From: an uncultured Actinomycetes bacterium
GTDB taxonomy: Bacteria; Actinomycetota; UBA4738; HRBIN12
Length of the DNA stretch: 64,000 nucleotides
Direction: 5' to 3'
Assembly: GCA_963704885.1 (NCBI GenBank)
Contig: CAVPIB010000007.1
Coordinates: 192,001-256,000 of the forward strand
Shown here: positions 27,394 through 36,983 of the stretch, in pieces
How the letters are laid out: each line of letters opens with the position of its first letter
How positions within the stretch are numbered: position 1 is the first letter of the stretch
Position numbers and translations under genes: made by a program
The notes under the pieces: model-generated
Databases searched by the model: none
The model's input: the letters and a program-made list of their open reading frames with translations, nothing else
Told to the model about the DNA's origin: nothing

Positions 27394-28116
27394 GTGGCTC
27401 TGGTGTCGCCGCAACGACAGGAGCACGAGGTCTATCTGGAGGTGGCGACGAAGCGCGCCTTCGCCGGGGCGATCGGTTGGCCGGGGTGGTGTCGGAGCGG
27501 TCGTGACGCGGACGCCGCACTCGAGGCGCTGTTGGCGTATGGGTCCCGCTACGCGAATATCGTCCGTGGTCTGCGGCCTGCATTTCACTCGCCGATCGCC
27601 CTTGGGGACCTACGTGTGGTGGAGCGGCTGACCGGCGACGCCACCACCGAGTTCGGTGCGCCCTCCATCGCGCCATCCGCCGACGCACGCCCGATGGACG
27701 CGAAAGAGTTCGACCGGTCGCTGTCGGTGCTGCGATCGTGCTGGTCGGCCTTCGACCGAGCCGTCGCGACCGCTCGAGGTGTGGAACTCACGAAGGGTCC
27801 GCGTGGCGGGGGTCGTGGGCTAGACGCGATCGTCTCGCACGTGGTCAGCGCGGAAGCTAGCTATGTAGGCAAGCTAGGTATGAAGCGCCCGAGGGTCGAC
27901 GCTGACGAGACGGCACACGCTCGCGACGACGTCCGCATGGTGGTCCTTGAGGCCCTGTCGCGCGCGCTGACCGATGGGCTTCCCGAGGCCGGGCCTCGCG
28001 GCGGGAAGATGTGGACGCCGTCGTACTTCGTTCGCCGAGCCTCGTGGCACGTGACCGATCACCTGTGGGAGATACAGGACCGGTCCGGGACCGAAGCGTC
28101 AGCCGGTTCCTGCTGA
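27394..28116 (+). CDS. Conserved actinobacterial hypothetical protein (DinB-like C-terminus)
   Basis: WPGWCRSG, KGPRGGGR, HV..AE, RR..WH..DH motifs. Confidence 0.75.
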   Translation: MALVSPQRQEHEVYLEVATKRAFAGAIGWPGWCRSGRDADAALEALLAYGSRYANIVRGLRPAFHSPIALGDLRVVERLTGDATTEFGAPSIAPSADARPMDAKEFDRSLSVLRSCWSAFDRAVATARGVELTKGPRGGGRGLDAIVSHVVSAEASYVGKLGMKRPRVDADETAHARDDVRMVVLEALSRALTDGLPEAGPRGGKMWTPSYFVRRASWHVTDHLWEIQDRSGTEASAGSC

Positions 28117-28818
28117 AGTCGTCGCCCCGCCAACGATCGCTTCGTCCGCGAACGCCACCACCTGATCCATCAGTCCCGGGTTATCTCTGAACATCCCTGT
28201 CCCGTGTCCATCGCCGCTTACGACCACGGGCTCGATCCCAAGCGCATCGGCCAGCTGTCGAGCGTCTGAGTCGTAGGGTTCATTACCCTCGGCCACCGCC
28301 AGCATCACGGGCGTGGTGCGGGGCAGTTCGCCCGCGACCTGGAGCGCATCGAAGGAACTCGCCGGTGCAGAAAGGCCGACCACAGCGTCCACGGCCAGCT
28401 CTCGTGCCATCGCGATGGACAAAGAGCCGCCGAGGGACCCACCGACGAGCACGATCGCCGAGGCGCCGGAGTCGCGCGCATATCCCACAACTGCCCGCAG
28501 ATCCTCCTGGCGATCCAGGCCGCTTCCAGTGGAATCTCCGACCCCACGCGCGTCGTAGGCGATCACCCGCCAGCCGTGATCGGCGAACACTGTGGCCAGA
28601 TCGTAGAAGCCCTCCTTGGTGCCGGTGGCGCCGTGAGAGAGCACGGCGACCTGTTCGCCGTTCCCGAGCTCGATCGCATCGAGCTCGACGCCATCCGTCG
28701 TGCTGATCCGGATGCGCGACGCGCCCGTTGGGGGATCGGGCTGGTCGGCCTCGCATGCCGAGAGGACTACTCCGGCCAGAACCACGACGGTGAGGATAGG
28801 AAGGAGGTCTCGCCGCAT
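28099..28818 (-). CDS. Alpha/beta hydrolase lipoprotein
   Basis: Lipobox LSAC, HG oxyanion motif, GGSLGG nucleophile, GHG. Confidence 0.85.
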   Translation of the reverse strand: MRRDLLPILTVVVLAGVVLSACEADQPDPPTGASRIRISTTDGVELDAIELGNGEQVAVLSHGATGTKEGFYDLATVFADHGWRVIAYDARGVGDSTGSGLDRQEDLRAVVGYARDSGASAIVLVGGSLGGSLSIAMARELAVDAVVGLSAPASSFDALQVAGELPRTTPVMLAVAEGNEPYDSDARQLADALGIEPVVVSGDGHGTGMFRDNPGLMDQVVAFADEAIVGGATTSAGTG

Positions 28819-28925
28819 GGTACGACCGACGATAGGACCAGGGGGTGCTCCTGGTGTGGCGTGGGTGTGCTGATCCGGTGACGGTCGGGCACCCGTGGCT
28901 CCGATGGACGGTGTCGAACTCGGCC

Positions 28926-29372
28926 CTACGCGATCCGGATCTCACCGCGCATGCCGTATGCATAGTGGCCCGGCAGATGACATCCGAAGATGAGTCCGCC
29001 GACCTGTTCGGGGAACGGATAGGTCGTGACGACCGTCTCCCCGGCCGCGATCGAGATCTCCCCGGGCCTCGGCGTGTGGTGAGCCTCACTCCCGGTCTCG
29101 TGGACCTGCTGCATGTACTCGTCGCCTACGACGAATTCGTGGTCGATGGGATCGGCGTTCTCCACCACGAACCGGATCGTCTGGCCCGGTTCGACGTCGA
29201 TCTCCTGCGGCTCGAAGAGGGAGAAGTGGATCCGGATCTGGATCGTGCGAGTAGGAGCCGAGGCTGTCGATCGCTCTAGCCAACCCGACGCGAGCGCCGC
29301 GGTGGCTCCGACGAGTAGGAGTGCCAGGATGAGCACACCGATCCCCGCCGTGCGCGTGCCGCTGGTTCTCAT
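28926..29372 (-). CDS. Cupredoxin/plastocyanin-like copper-binding protein
   Basis: DHEF...CHLPGHYAYGM type-1 Cu ligands; N-terminal signal/TM; ATGA overlap. Confidence 0.88.
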   Translation of the reverse strand: MRTSGTRTAGIGVLILALLLVGATAALASGWLERSTASAPTRTIQIRIHFSLFEPQEIDVEPGQTIRFVVENADPIDHEFVVGDEYMQQVHETGSEAHHTPRPGEISIAAGETVVTTYPFPEQVGGLIFGCHLPGHYAYGMRGEIRIA

Positions 29373-30463
29373 CGTGCCGTTGCGTGCGACGTGGAACGAC
29401 GGCTGGTCAAGATCCCCACGCCGCCCAGCACCACCACGGACGCCAGTGCGACCCAAAGGATCGGCCACAGCGACGCGTTCGAGATCGGCAGGTGCGATGG
29501 TCGCAGCCCCGCCGCCGCCGGGCTCGGCTGGCCGAACCCGCTCGCGTCCACGGCGAGGTCGTGGGTGAGCGTACCGGCGGTGGCGTTGACGTTGATCTTG
29601 GTCAGCCACATCTGATCGGTGGGCATCCACTTCATGCCGCGATCCGAACGCAGATCGGCGAGCAGCGATGTCGAAGCGGGCTCGCTCACCTCCTGGATCA
29701 AGCCGCGCTGGTCCGGGTCACCGTTGGGACGAACGGCCAAGGGAAGGGTGGCCGGGCGAACGTCGGTCAGCAGGTAGACGTCGGCCTGAACCAGCTCGGC
29801 TTCTTGACGTCCAAGCGCCAAGATCCGCAGAGGGACCCAGGGGTTCGGCGTGGGGATCACCACGTGGACCGGCGTGCCCTGCCCCTGCTGGACACCTTGC
29901 TCGTTCGCGCGGCCCACGTCGAACTTCACTGCCATGAAGATCGGACTGCGTTGCGCGTAGAACTCCAGCACCTCTGGAGCATCCGGTGGCAGGAAGAAGC
30001 CGTGATCGCTCGCCCAGGTCCCCACGGCGACCGCGCCACCCTCCAAGACCGTGATGTCGAGCGCGTCGATCTGAGTCTCCAGGAGCACCGTCGCGGAGTC
30101 GGCGGCTCCGGCTTCCGCCGCCAGGGCGAAGGTCCGTTGTTCAGGAGGTTGTGTCTCGAGGATCAAGCGCTGCAGGGTCCAGTCGCCGCCTTTGATCACC
30201 TTGGTTGGCACGCCAGGCAGGGGAACGATCGACCCGACCTCGGTGGCATCCACGCCCGCGAACTCGAACGAAGTCACGTAGTGCTCGACCCCCGCGTGGT
30301 AGGCGGCGAGGGTCGTGGTGCGGACAAGGTTGACGGTTCCGTTCGGGGTCACCAAGCCTCCACACGCGAGCGCGCTCGCCGCGGGAACAACTACGGCGAG
30401 CGAGACGGTTGCGGCGAAGATGGTCCTGCGGGCGAGGCGGCGATGGGCCTTGCGGTGGGCCAT
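29369..30463 (-). CDS. DUF2330-like secreted, C-terminally anchored protein (ORF extends in frame to 30646 through the duplication)
   Basis: ALAC-GG after the signal peptide, IVPLPGVP, WVPLRIL, C-terminal TM. Confidence 0.75.
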   Translation of the reverse strand: MAHRKAHRRLARRTIFAATVSLAVVVPAASALACGGLVTPNGTVNLVRTTTLAAYHAGVEHYVTSFEFAGVDATEVGSIVPLPGVPTKVIKGGDWTLQRLILETQPPEQRTFALAAEAGAADSATVLLETQIDALDITVLEGGAVAVGTWASDHGFFLPPDAPEVLEFYAQRSPIFMAVKFDVGRANEQGVQQGQGTPVHVVIPTPNPWVPLRILALGRQEAELVQADVYLLTDVRPATLPLAVRPNGDPDQRGLIQEVSEPASTSLLADLRSDRGMKWMPTDQMWLTKINVNATAGTLTHDLAVDASGFGQPSPAAAGLRPSHLPISNASLWPILWVALASVVVLGGVGILTSRRSTSHATAR

Positions 30464-30494
30464 GGGGGGCTCCTCCTTCGCGAGATCGCGGTTG

Positions 30495-30520
30495 GACGGA
30501 AGAACCCGAGCCTCGGTTCC
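30495..30520 (-). promoter_or_regulatory. ECF promoter GGAACC-N16-CGTC (duplicated copy)
   Basis: Motif upstream of the AAGGAGG RBS. Confidence 0.6.
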
Positions 30521-30675
30521 CTCGTTCGGAGTCACCAGGCCTCCACACGCGAGCGCGCTCGCCGCGGGAACGAACACGGCGAGCGAGACGGTTGCGGCGA
30601 AGATCGTCCTGCGGGCGAGGCGGCGATGAGCCTTGCGGTGGGCCATGGGGCTCCTCCTTCGCGAGATCGCGGTTG

Positions 30676-30701
30676 GACGGAAGAACCCGAGCCTCGGTTC
30701 C
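30676..30701 (-). promoter_or_regulatory. ECF promoter GGAACC-N16-CGTC
   Basis: Motif upstream of the AAGGAGG RBS. Confidence 0.6.
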
Positions 30702-30703
30702 CT

Positions 30704-31810
30704 TTAGGCGGAAGGACCTGCCGGCGCCGGCGCCGCTACGTCCGCCGGGTAGGCGATGCCGGCCCGCTCGGGCCAGCCGATCGACAGCCGCTCGCCTGGA
30801 GCCCGTGGCTCCCGCAGTCGCAGTCGGCAGGATCCGATAGTGGTTGAGGTCAACACGTCGAAGTGCGAGCCGAAGAACGAACAGGTCTCCACGGAGCCCG
30901 TGAGCGCTCCTTCGCCATCGGCTCGGATCTCCAATTCCTCGGGGCGTAGAAGCACTTGCGCTCCGGCTCCGGGTCGTGCTCCGGCGTCGAGCGCTCTGAA
31001 CCGTCGTCCTGCCACTTCCACCTCCACGTTGCCCTCACCGGCGGATATGACGGTCGCCGGGAAGAACGAGCCGGCACCGATGAATCGCGCGGTGAACAAC
31101 GTCGCGGGCGAACGGTAGATGGTTTGCGGGTCGGCCATCTGTTCCAAGCGGCCCTGGTTCATCACGCCGACAAGCTGAGAGATGCTTAGGGCCTCGTCCT
31201 GGTCATGCGTCACGAACACGAAGGTAGTCCCGAGCTCCTGATGGATCCGGAGCAGCTCCTCTCGGAGCGCGAACCGAACGTTGCGGTCGAGCGCGCTGAG
31301 CGGCTCGTCCAAGAGCAACACGCGAGGACGGTTGATCAACGCACGCGCGACCGCCACCCGCTGCGCCTGCCCGCCCGAGAGCTCCGACGGGTAGCGTGCG
31401 CCCAATCCCTCCAGTCCTACTAGCTGAAGCATGTCGGCCACGCGCTGCGAACGCTCCGCCGCAGATGGTCGCGAGTTCTTCGACTGAGTGGTCAAACCGA
31501 ACCCGACGTTCTCGGTGATCGTCATGTGGGGGAAGAGTGCGTAGTGCTGGAACACCATGTTGAAGGGACGGCGCTCGGGCGGCCTCCGTGTGATGTCGGT
31601 CCCGTCGGTGAGGACCAGCCCACTATCCGGCGACTCCAGCCCAGCGACGATCCGCAGAAGCGTCGTCTTCCCACACCCGCTCGGCCCGAGCAGGCTGAAG
31701 AACGAGCCGGCCGGGATATCCAGATCGAGCGCGTGCAGCGCCACCACATCGCCGAACCGCTTCGACACCCCTTCGATCGAGATAGCGCCCTTAGGGCCGG
31801 CGCCCGTCAT
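30704..31810 (-). CDS. potA: Polyamine ABC transporter ATP-binding protein
   Basis: GPSGCGKT, LSGGQ, LLLDEPLSALD, TOBE tail; ATG 31810. Confidence 0.88.
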   Translation of the reverse strand: MTGAGPKGAISIEGVSKRFGDVVALHALDLDIPAGSFFSLLGPSGCGKTTLLRIVAGLESPDSGLVLTDGTDITRRPPERRPFNMVFQHYALFPHMTITENVGFGLTTQSKNSRPSAAERSQRVADMLQLVGLEGLGARYPSELSGGQAQRVAVARALINRPRVLLLDEPLSALDRNVRFALREELLRIHQELGTTFVFVTHDQDEALSISQLVGVMNQGRLEQMADPQTIYRSPATLFTARFIGAGSFFPATVISAGEGNVEVEVAGRRFRALDAGARPGAGAQVLLRPEELEIRADGEGALTGSVETCSFFGSHFDVLTSTTIGSCRLRLREPRAPGERLSIGWPERAGIAYPADVAAPAPAGPSA

Positions 31811-32628
31811 GCCACCCTCGCGAGCGCCTCGGCTTGGGAGCGCAAAGCGGATCGGGACGACCGTCGCCGCTGAATGGCGAACGACAACGCAACCGCCACC
31901 CATGGCACCACTAATAGGATCGTCGCGACCGCGTTGATGGACGGGTCGATCGTGCGTCGCAGGCGGGACAGAACGAAGAGCGGCAGCGTCACCCGCGTCC
32001 CGGATGTGAAGTTGGTGATCAGCACCTCGTCGAAGGAGATCGCGAACGCGATCATCATGGCGCCCAGTATCGAAGGGCCTATCAGAGGGAGCGTGATGCG
32101 GCGAAGGACCATCGCTGGACGGGCGCCCAGATCGCGGGCCGCCTGCTCGACGGCCAGGTCGTAGTTCCTCAGTCGGGCTCCCACGATGAGGATCACGAAC
32201 GGCGTCGTGACGATCACGTGCCCCGCCACGATCGTGTACATGGACGGGTCGATCGCGAAGGTCTTCAGTGCGGCGACGAGTGAGATGCCGATGAACAGAG
32301 GTGGCAGCATGATGGGCAGTCGCGACCCGCTCTCCAACCATCTGGTGGCCCGATTGATCCGCCGGGTTATCGCGAACGCGGCTGCGGTACCTACCACCCC
32401 CGCAACGACCGCCGTCGCGCTGGCCGCGGTCAAGCTTGTCTTCATGCCAGTGCGGAACTGCTGTTCGCTGAAGATCACGCGGAACCATCTGAGCGAGATC
32501 CCCTGGGGCGGCCAACTCAGATTCGACCCGGAGTTCAGCCCGTAGAGCACCACCACGATCAGCGGGAGATAGATGAAGACGACGAGGATCACGACGACCA
32601 CCGTGAGTAGACCCGGATGGCGCTTCAT
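31807..32628 (-). CDS. potC: Polyamine ABC transporter permease (PotC-like)
   Basis: EQAARDLGA, SFDE, TLP motifs. Confidence 0.85.
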   Translation of the reverse strand: MKRHPGLLTVVVVILVVFIYLPLIVVVLYGLNSGSNLSWPPQGISLRWFRVIFSEQQFRTGMKTSLTAASATAVVAGVVGTAAAFAITRRINRATRWLESGSRLPIMLPPLFIGISLVAALKTFAIDPSMYTIVAGHVIVTTPFVILIVGARLRNYDLAVEQAARDLGARPAMVLRRITLPLIGPSILGAMMIAFAISFDEVLITNFTSGTRVTLPLFVLSRLRRTIDPSINAVATILLVVPWVAVALSFAIQRRRSSRSALRSQAEALARVA

Positions 32629-33491
32629 CCGACGTGCCTGGGCAGGAGACCCGCACCGCGCATCGCGAGCCGAAGCAGGACAACCAGCCCAAGGAACAGG
32701 ACGAGCATGACGAACGCCATAGCGGCTCCGAGGGGGTAGTTGAGGGCCGTGGTCAGTTGATCGGCGATCAACGTGCCGAACATAGCGCTCGAGCCGATGC
32801 CCCCGAGGAAGACAGGCGTTATGTAATCACCGGCCGAGAGGAAGAACACGAACAGGGTGGCGCCGAACATGGCGTTTCCGGAGAGGGGCAGAACGATCCG
32901 GCGGAGGGTCATCCACCGTGACGCACCTAGGTCTCGCGCCGCGGGCTCCAGCTCAGACGAGATAGAAGACAGGCTGGAGTAAAGGACCAGCGCGGTGAAC
33001 GGGAGGAAGAAGTTCACCTCGGCTACGACGACCGCGACCCGGGAGAAGAGCAGTATATGGAGGGGCTTATCGGTGACGTTCAACGCCTGCAGCAAGGAGT
33101 TGAATATGCCGCTCTCGCCCGAGAGCGTGCGCCAGGAGTAGATCAATGCCAGATAGCTTCCCATCAGCGCGATCACGATCGCGATGAGGAGGAGCCCCTT
33201 GGATCGACGGGCGCGGAACGCCAGGAAGTACGCGAGTTGGTAACCGAATACCACGGAGATGAGGGCCGTTGGGCCGGCGATCAACAGCGTGTTGAGCGCA
33301 TACCGTCGGTATAGCTGCGTGGTCAGGACCCTTCGGTAGTTGTCGACCGTCGCGCCGGGCACGATCTCGAGCAGATGAACGTGGAAGAACGAGAACGCGA
33401 ACAGCATCGTGACCGGCACCAGCACGCCGAACAAGAGAAGCGCCCCCAAAGGGGTCGACAGGAGCGCAGCCAGGCGACGGGAGAGCGGCAA
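32625..33491 (-). CDS. potB: Polyamine ABC transporter permease (PotB-like)
   Basis: AARDLGA, GDYITP.FLGG, NYPLGAA. Confidence 0.85.
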   Translation of the reverse strand: MPLSRRLAALLSTPLGALLLFGVLVPVTMLFAFSFFHVHLLEIVPGATVDNYRRVLTTQLYRRYALNTLLIAGPTALISVVFGYQLAYFLAFRARRSKGLLLIAIVIALMGSYLALIYSWRTLSGESGIFNSLLQALNVTDKPLHILLFSRVAVVVAEVNFFLPFTALVLYSSLSSISSELEPAARDLGASRWMTLRRIVLPLSGNAMFGATLFVFFLSAGDYITPVFLGGIGSSAMFGTLIADQLTTALNYPLGAAMAFVMLVLFLGLVVLLRLAMRGAGLLPRHVG

Positions 33492-33511
33492 GACCTAGGA
33501 CGAGGGCCGGT

Positions 33512-34696
33512 TCAGGAGCCCTTGACCTCCTCCCACAACCCGATGACGTCGTCGTACGTGGCGCGGTCTCCGTCGGGCTCGTGCGGGAATCCTTGGTTGA
33601 ACGTCAGAGTGTTCGACAGGTAGTTGTCGATGTCATCGTACGGATAGAGAGCAGCGGCTTCCGGAGTCAAGAGCGGGATCGCCGCGGAAACCCCCGGCCC
33701 TTGCAGGAGGCTGCTGTTCGCGTCAGCGTTCACCTCCGGATCCAACAGGTGATTGACGAAGGCGTAGGCGTTCTGAGGATTGGGTGCCGTCGGAGTGATG
33801 AACGCCGAGTCCGCCCAACCGATGGCTCCTTCCGACGGGATCACCGTCTTCGTGGGGATGCCCTCATCGGCGGTGACCGAATCCATGAAGGCCAACCCGA
33901 CCACCATGTAGTCCACATCGCCGGCGATCAGCAGGGAGATGGAGTCGCCGATGGTCGGTGCGAGCGCCTTGATCTGCCCGACTAGGCTCGTCAGGTAGTC
34001 CTTGACTTCGCCGTTCAGCTGATCCGTGGTCAGCTCGTCCGGATCGATGCCCACCGCGATGGCCCCGAGCGCGACGTTGTTCAGGGCGCTGTCGATGGTG
34101 GAGACGCGTCCCTTGTACGCGGGGTCGAGGAGGTCGTGCCAGCTCTTCGGCTCGGGCACCCGATCGGTCCGATACGTCACGCCCGAGAAACCCCAGGTCC
34201 ATGGGGACGCGTTATAGGTGCCATCGTCGTTCTTGAACGGCGCGACCTGGAAGGCGGGCATCAGTCCGGCCAGACCCGGAACCTGATCGAGGGTCATCGG
34301 GCTGATCAGGCCCAGATCCACGTAGTCCAGGAGCACCACGTTGTCGCCATACGAGATGTCCCACTGATCACCGCCTGGACCCTTGAGGACCGTGGCCACC
34401 TCCTCGGGACCCGCGATGTACTTGACGTTCACCTCGATGTCGTTCTGCTTGAGCCACGGGGTCAGGTCGCCCGCCGTGTCGTATCCCTCCCACGTGTAGA
34501 GGTTGAGCGGTCCTCCCACCGGTGGGAGCGGGCTCGGCGACGGACTTCCCGCCGTGCCGGAGGTGGGGCTCGACTCCGAGTCGCCGGACAAGCCGCAGGA
34601 GGCGAGGAAGGCGGCGGCGGCCGCCGTTCCGGTGACCCTCAGGAACCGCCTGCGGTCCATCAAGAATCTCAGCTCACGGTCTTGTGCCTCGCCCAT
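33512..34696 (-). CDS. PotD/PotF-family substrate-binding lipoprotein with Tat signal
   Basis: DRRRFL Tat motif, LASC lipobox, YTWEGY, EGAIGWAD. Confidence 0.85.
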   Translation of the reverse strand: MGEAQDRELRFLMDRRRFLRVTGTAAAAAFLASCGLSGDSESSPTSGTAGSPSPSPLPPVGGPLNLYTWEGYDTAGDLTPWLKQNDIEVNVKYIAGPEEVATVLKGPGGDQWDISYGDNVVLLDYVDLGLISPMTLDQVPGLAGLMPAFQVAPFKNDDGTYNASPWTWGFSGVTYRTDRVPEPKSWHDLLDPAYKGRVSTIDSALNNVALGAIAVGIDPDELTTDQLNGEVKDYLTSLVGQIKALAPTIGDSISLLIAGDVDYMVVGLAFMDSVTADEGIPTKTVIPSEGAIGWADSAFITPTAPNPQNAYAFVNHLLDPEVNADANSSLLQGPGVSAAIPLLTPEAAALYPYDDIDNYLSNTLTFNQGFPHEPDGDRATYDDVIGLWEEVKGS

Positions 34697-34799
34697 CTCT
34701 CCCCCTCCACGAACTCATCACGGCCACCCTCGGTGGTCAGGTGGCATGATAACCTGCATACCCGCTGTCAAGTCAACGCCGTTCGGGCCAGGCGACCTC

Positions 34800-36098
34800 C
34801 TAAGAAGGCTCCAGGTAGCGGTCTCGCTCCCAGTCCGTCACGTGCTCACGGAAGGCCGCCTCTTCGCGGCGACCCAGGATCGAATAGGTTTCCACGAACA
34901 GCTCGCCGAACACGTCCTTGCAGAAGGCGCTCTGCTCGAAGATGTCGATCGCCGCTGCCAAGGTGCCGGGGATCCGCTCGAGCGAGTCGTCCTTGTATGC
35001 GTCGCCCTCGATCTCCGGCGGCGGCTGGAGCCCTCGGGCGATGCCATCGGCTCCGGAGGCGATGGCGCCCGCGAGGATGAGGTAAGGGTTGGCATCGGCC
35101 GAGGGCGTTCGGATCTCGAGCCGTCGCGCCTCTGGCTCGCCGGGCGGAATCCGCACAGCCGCGGTCCGGTTGTCGAGGGCCCACGACACGCGATTCGGCG
35201 CGAACGTGTAGTCCTTCAGTCGCTTGTAGGCGTTGACCGTTGGGAGGTTGATGGCGGTCGTATCGACCGTGTGCATCAGAACGCCGGCGAGGTACGCGTG
35301 CATGACCGACTCGTCGGTCGCGAACACGTTTTCCGTGGAGCCCTTGCGACGCAGGCTGTTATGGATGTGGTGGCCACTGCCTTCCATCCCCGTGAAGGGC
35401 ATCGGCATGAACGTGGCGCGCAGATCATGTCGTTCTGTGATGAGCTTGACGACGTACTTGAGGACGGCGGCGTTGTCCGCCGTCTCGATCGGCGACGCGG
35501 GCCCCACGTTGATCTCGAACTGCGCGGGCCCGCCCTCCGTCTGGCTGGACTCGATGGGGACTCCGGCCGCGAGCAGCATCGCCCGGATCTCACCGATGAC
35601 GGGCTCGTATTCCGCCCCGCGCGTCATCGACCAACAGCGGTGATCGTCGAAGGCGGGACGCCAATCTCGATCGCAGAGGTAGAACTCGAGCTCGGGAGCG
35701 ACCCACGCCTCGTAGCCCAGGTCCTCGAGCGACATGACCGATCGTCGAAGGATGCTCCTGGAGTCCAAGGGGTGCTCCGCGCCGCCTCGCGCAAGGACTG
35801 CGTCCATGAGACAGAAGGCGGTGCCCGCGGCCCAGGGTGCCGGACGGAGGGTGGACAGGTCCGGGAACACGTGCATGTTCGGGAAGCCGGTGTCGGCGTT
35901 GGCGTAAGGGGTCGGAGTGATGTCGCCGAGGATGCTCCATGTGAACGCAGCGTTGGGCATGCTCATCCCGCTTTCGGCGACATTCAGGAACGCGGCCGTC
36001 GGCATCCGACGCCCGACCAAGACGCCCCACGTGTCAGGGAAGCAGCATTCGACAGTATCTATCGTCGAAAGGAAGCGTTCGGTCTCCGCCAGATCCAC
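34800..36098 (-). CDS. Glutamine synthetase-like gamma-glutamylamine ligase (PuuA/GlnA3-like)
   Basis: PELEFY, EGGPAQFE, ATFMP.P, GSGHHIH, NRTAAVR, RLEIR; RBS before GTG 36098. Confidence 0.88.
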   Translation of the reverse strand: MDLAETERFLSTIDTVECCFPDTWGVLVGRRMPTAAFLNVAESGMSMPNAAFTWSILGDITPTPYANADTGFPNMHVFPDLSTLRPAPWAAGTAFCLMDAVLARGGAEHPLDSRSILRRSVMSLEDLGYEAWVAPELEFYLCDRDWRPAFDDHRCWSMTRGAEYEPVIGEIRAMLLAAGVPIESSQTEGGPAQFEINVGPASPIETADNAAVLKYVVKLITERHDLRATFMPMPFTGMEGSGHHIHNSLRRKGSTENVFATDESVMHAYLAGVLMHTVDTTAINLPTVNAYKRLKDYTFAPNRVSWALDNRTAAVRIPPGEPEARRLEIRTPSADANPYLILAGAIASGADGIARGLQPPPEIEGDAYKDDSLERIPGTLAAAIDIFEQSAFCKDVFGELFVETYSILGRREEAAFREHVTDWERDRYLEPS

Positions 36099-36224
36099 GC
36101 TGAGAGGCTCCTCCCTGGACGGTGGCCGGAGGATAGCACCCTGCAACGTTGCAGAAGAACCGTCCTGGCGACCCCTGATATCATCTGGTCTGCTCACCAT
36201 ACATCTAGGCGAGGAGCGGTGAGG

Positions 36225-36971
36225 ATGCAGGGGAACGAGGTCTTCGCCCGCCTCGATGGCCTCACGGGGTTGGTCACGGGTGCAGGGCGAGGGATCGGGG
36301 AGGCCTGCGCGATCGCTCTGGCCGGCCACGGTGCTCAGGTGCTGCTGGCCGATCTGGACGAGAAACGCCTGGTTGAGGTGGCGGCCAAGATCGAGTCCGA
36401 CGGCGGCCGCGCGACGACCTGCGTGACCGACGTTCGACAGTGGGCGAGCGTGCAAGCCATGGCCGACAGCTGCATCGAAGCGTTCGGCGGCATCGACTTC
36501 GCGATAGCCAACGCGGGGGTGGGCAGCTACTCATCGCTCGACACGGGCGATCCAGAGCTTTGGCGCCGTGTCGTCGAGACCAACCTGCTCGGCGTGCTGC
36601 ACACGGTCCGTGCCGTCTACCCGCAGATGAAGGAGCGACGAAGCGGACACATAGTCCTGATGGCTTCCATCGCCGGGCGCCAGACATGGGTGGGTGAGCC
36701 CGTCTACATCGCCACGAAGTGGGGTGTCGTGGGGCTCGGGTGGGCCCTGCGGAAGGAAGCCCTGCCGCACAAGGTGCGCGTGACGATGATCGAGCCCGGC
36801 ATGGTCGACACACCGCTCCTGCACGAGACCGAGGAGGGGATGAGCGAGCTCGAGCGTTTCGCGGCGCTCGACGTGAAGGATGTCGCTCGCGCCGTGGTCT
36901 TCGCGCTTTCCCAGCCTGAGGGAGTCGCGGTGAGCGAACTGATCATCACGCCCGTCGGTCCCGAGCTCTGA
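36225..36971 (+). CDS. SDR-family oxidoreductase
   Basis: TGAGRGIG, NAG, YIATK. Confidence 0.9.
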   Translation: MQGNEVFARLDGLTGLVTGAGRGIGEACAIALAGHGAQVLLADLDEKRLVEVAAKIESDGGRATTCVTDVRQWASVQAMADSCIEAFGGIDFAIANAGVGSYSSLDTGDPELWRRVVETNLLGVLHTVRAVYPQMKERRSGHIVLMASIAGRQTWVGEPVYIATKWGVVGLGWALRKEALPHKVRVTMIEPGMVDTPLLHETEEGMSELERFAALDVKDVARAVVFALSQPEGVAVSELIITPVGPEL

Positions 36972-36983
36972 CGAGCCAGCCCG

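Larger units (their letters stand above)
30340..30703. repeat. Tandem duplication (183 + 181 bp) of promoter, RBS and signal-peptide region
   Basis: 30340-30522 vs 30523-30703; several substitutions and a 2-nt G-tract difference. Confidence 0.92.

Noticed and set aside
34503-36224. Long N-terminal extension of the 822-aa plus-strand ORF
   Set aside because: It is the antisense shadow of the GS-like gene; only the SDR from 36225 is credible.
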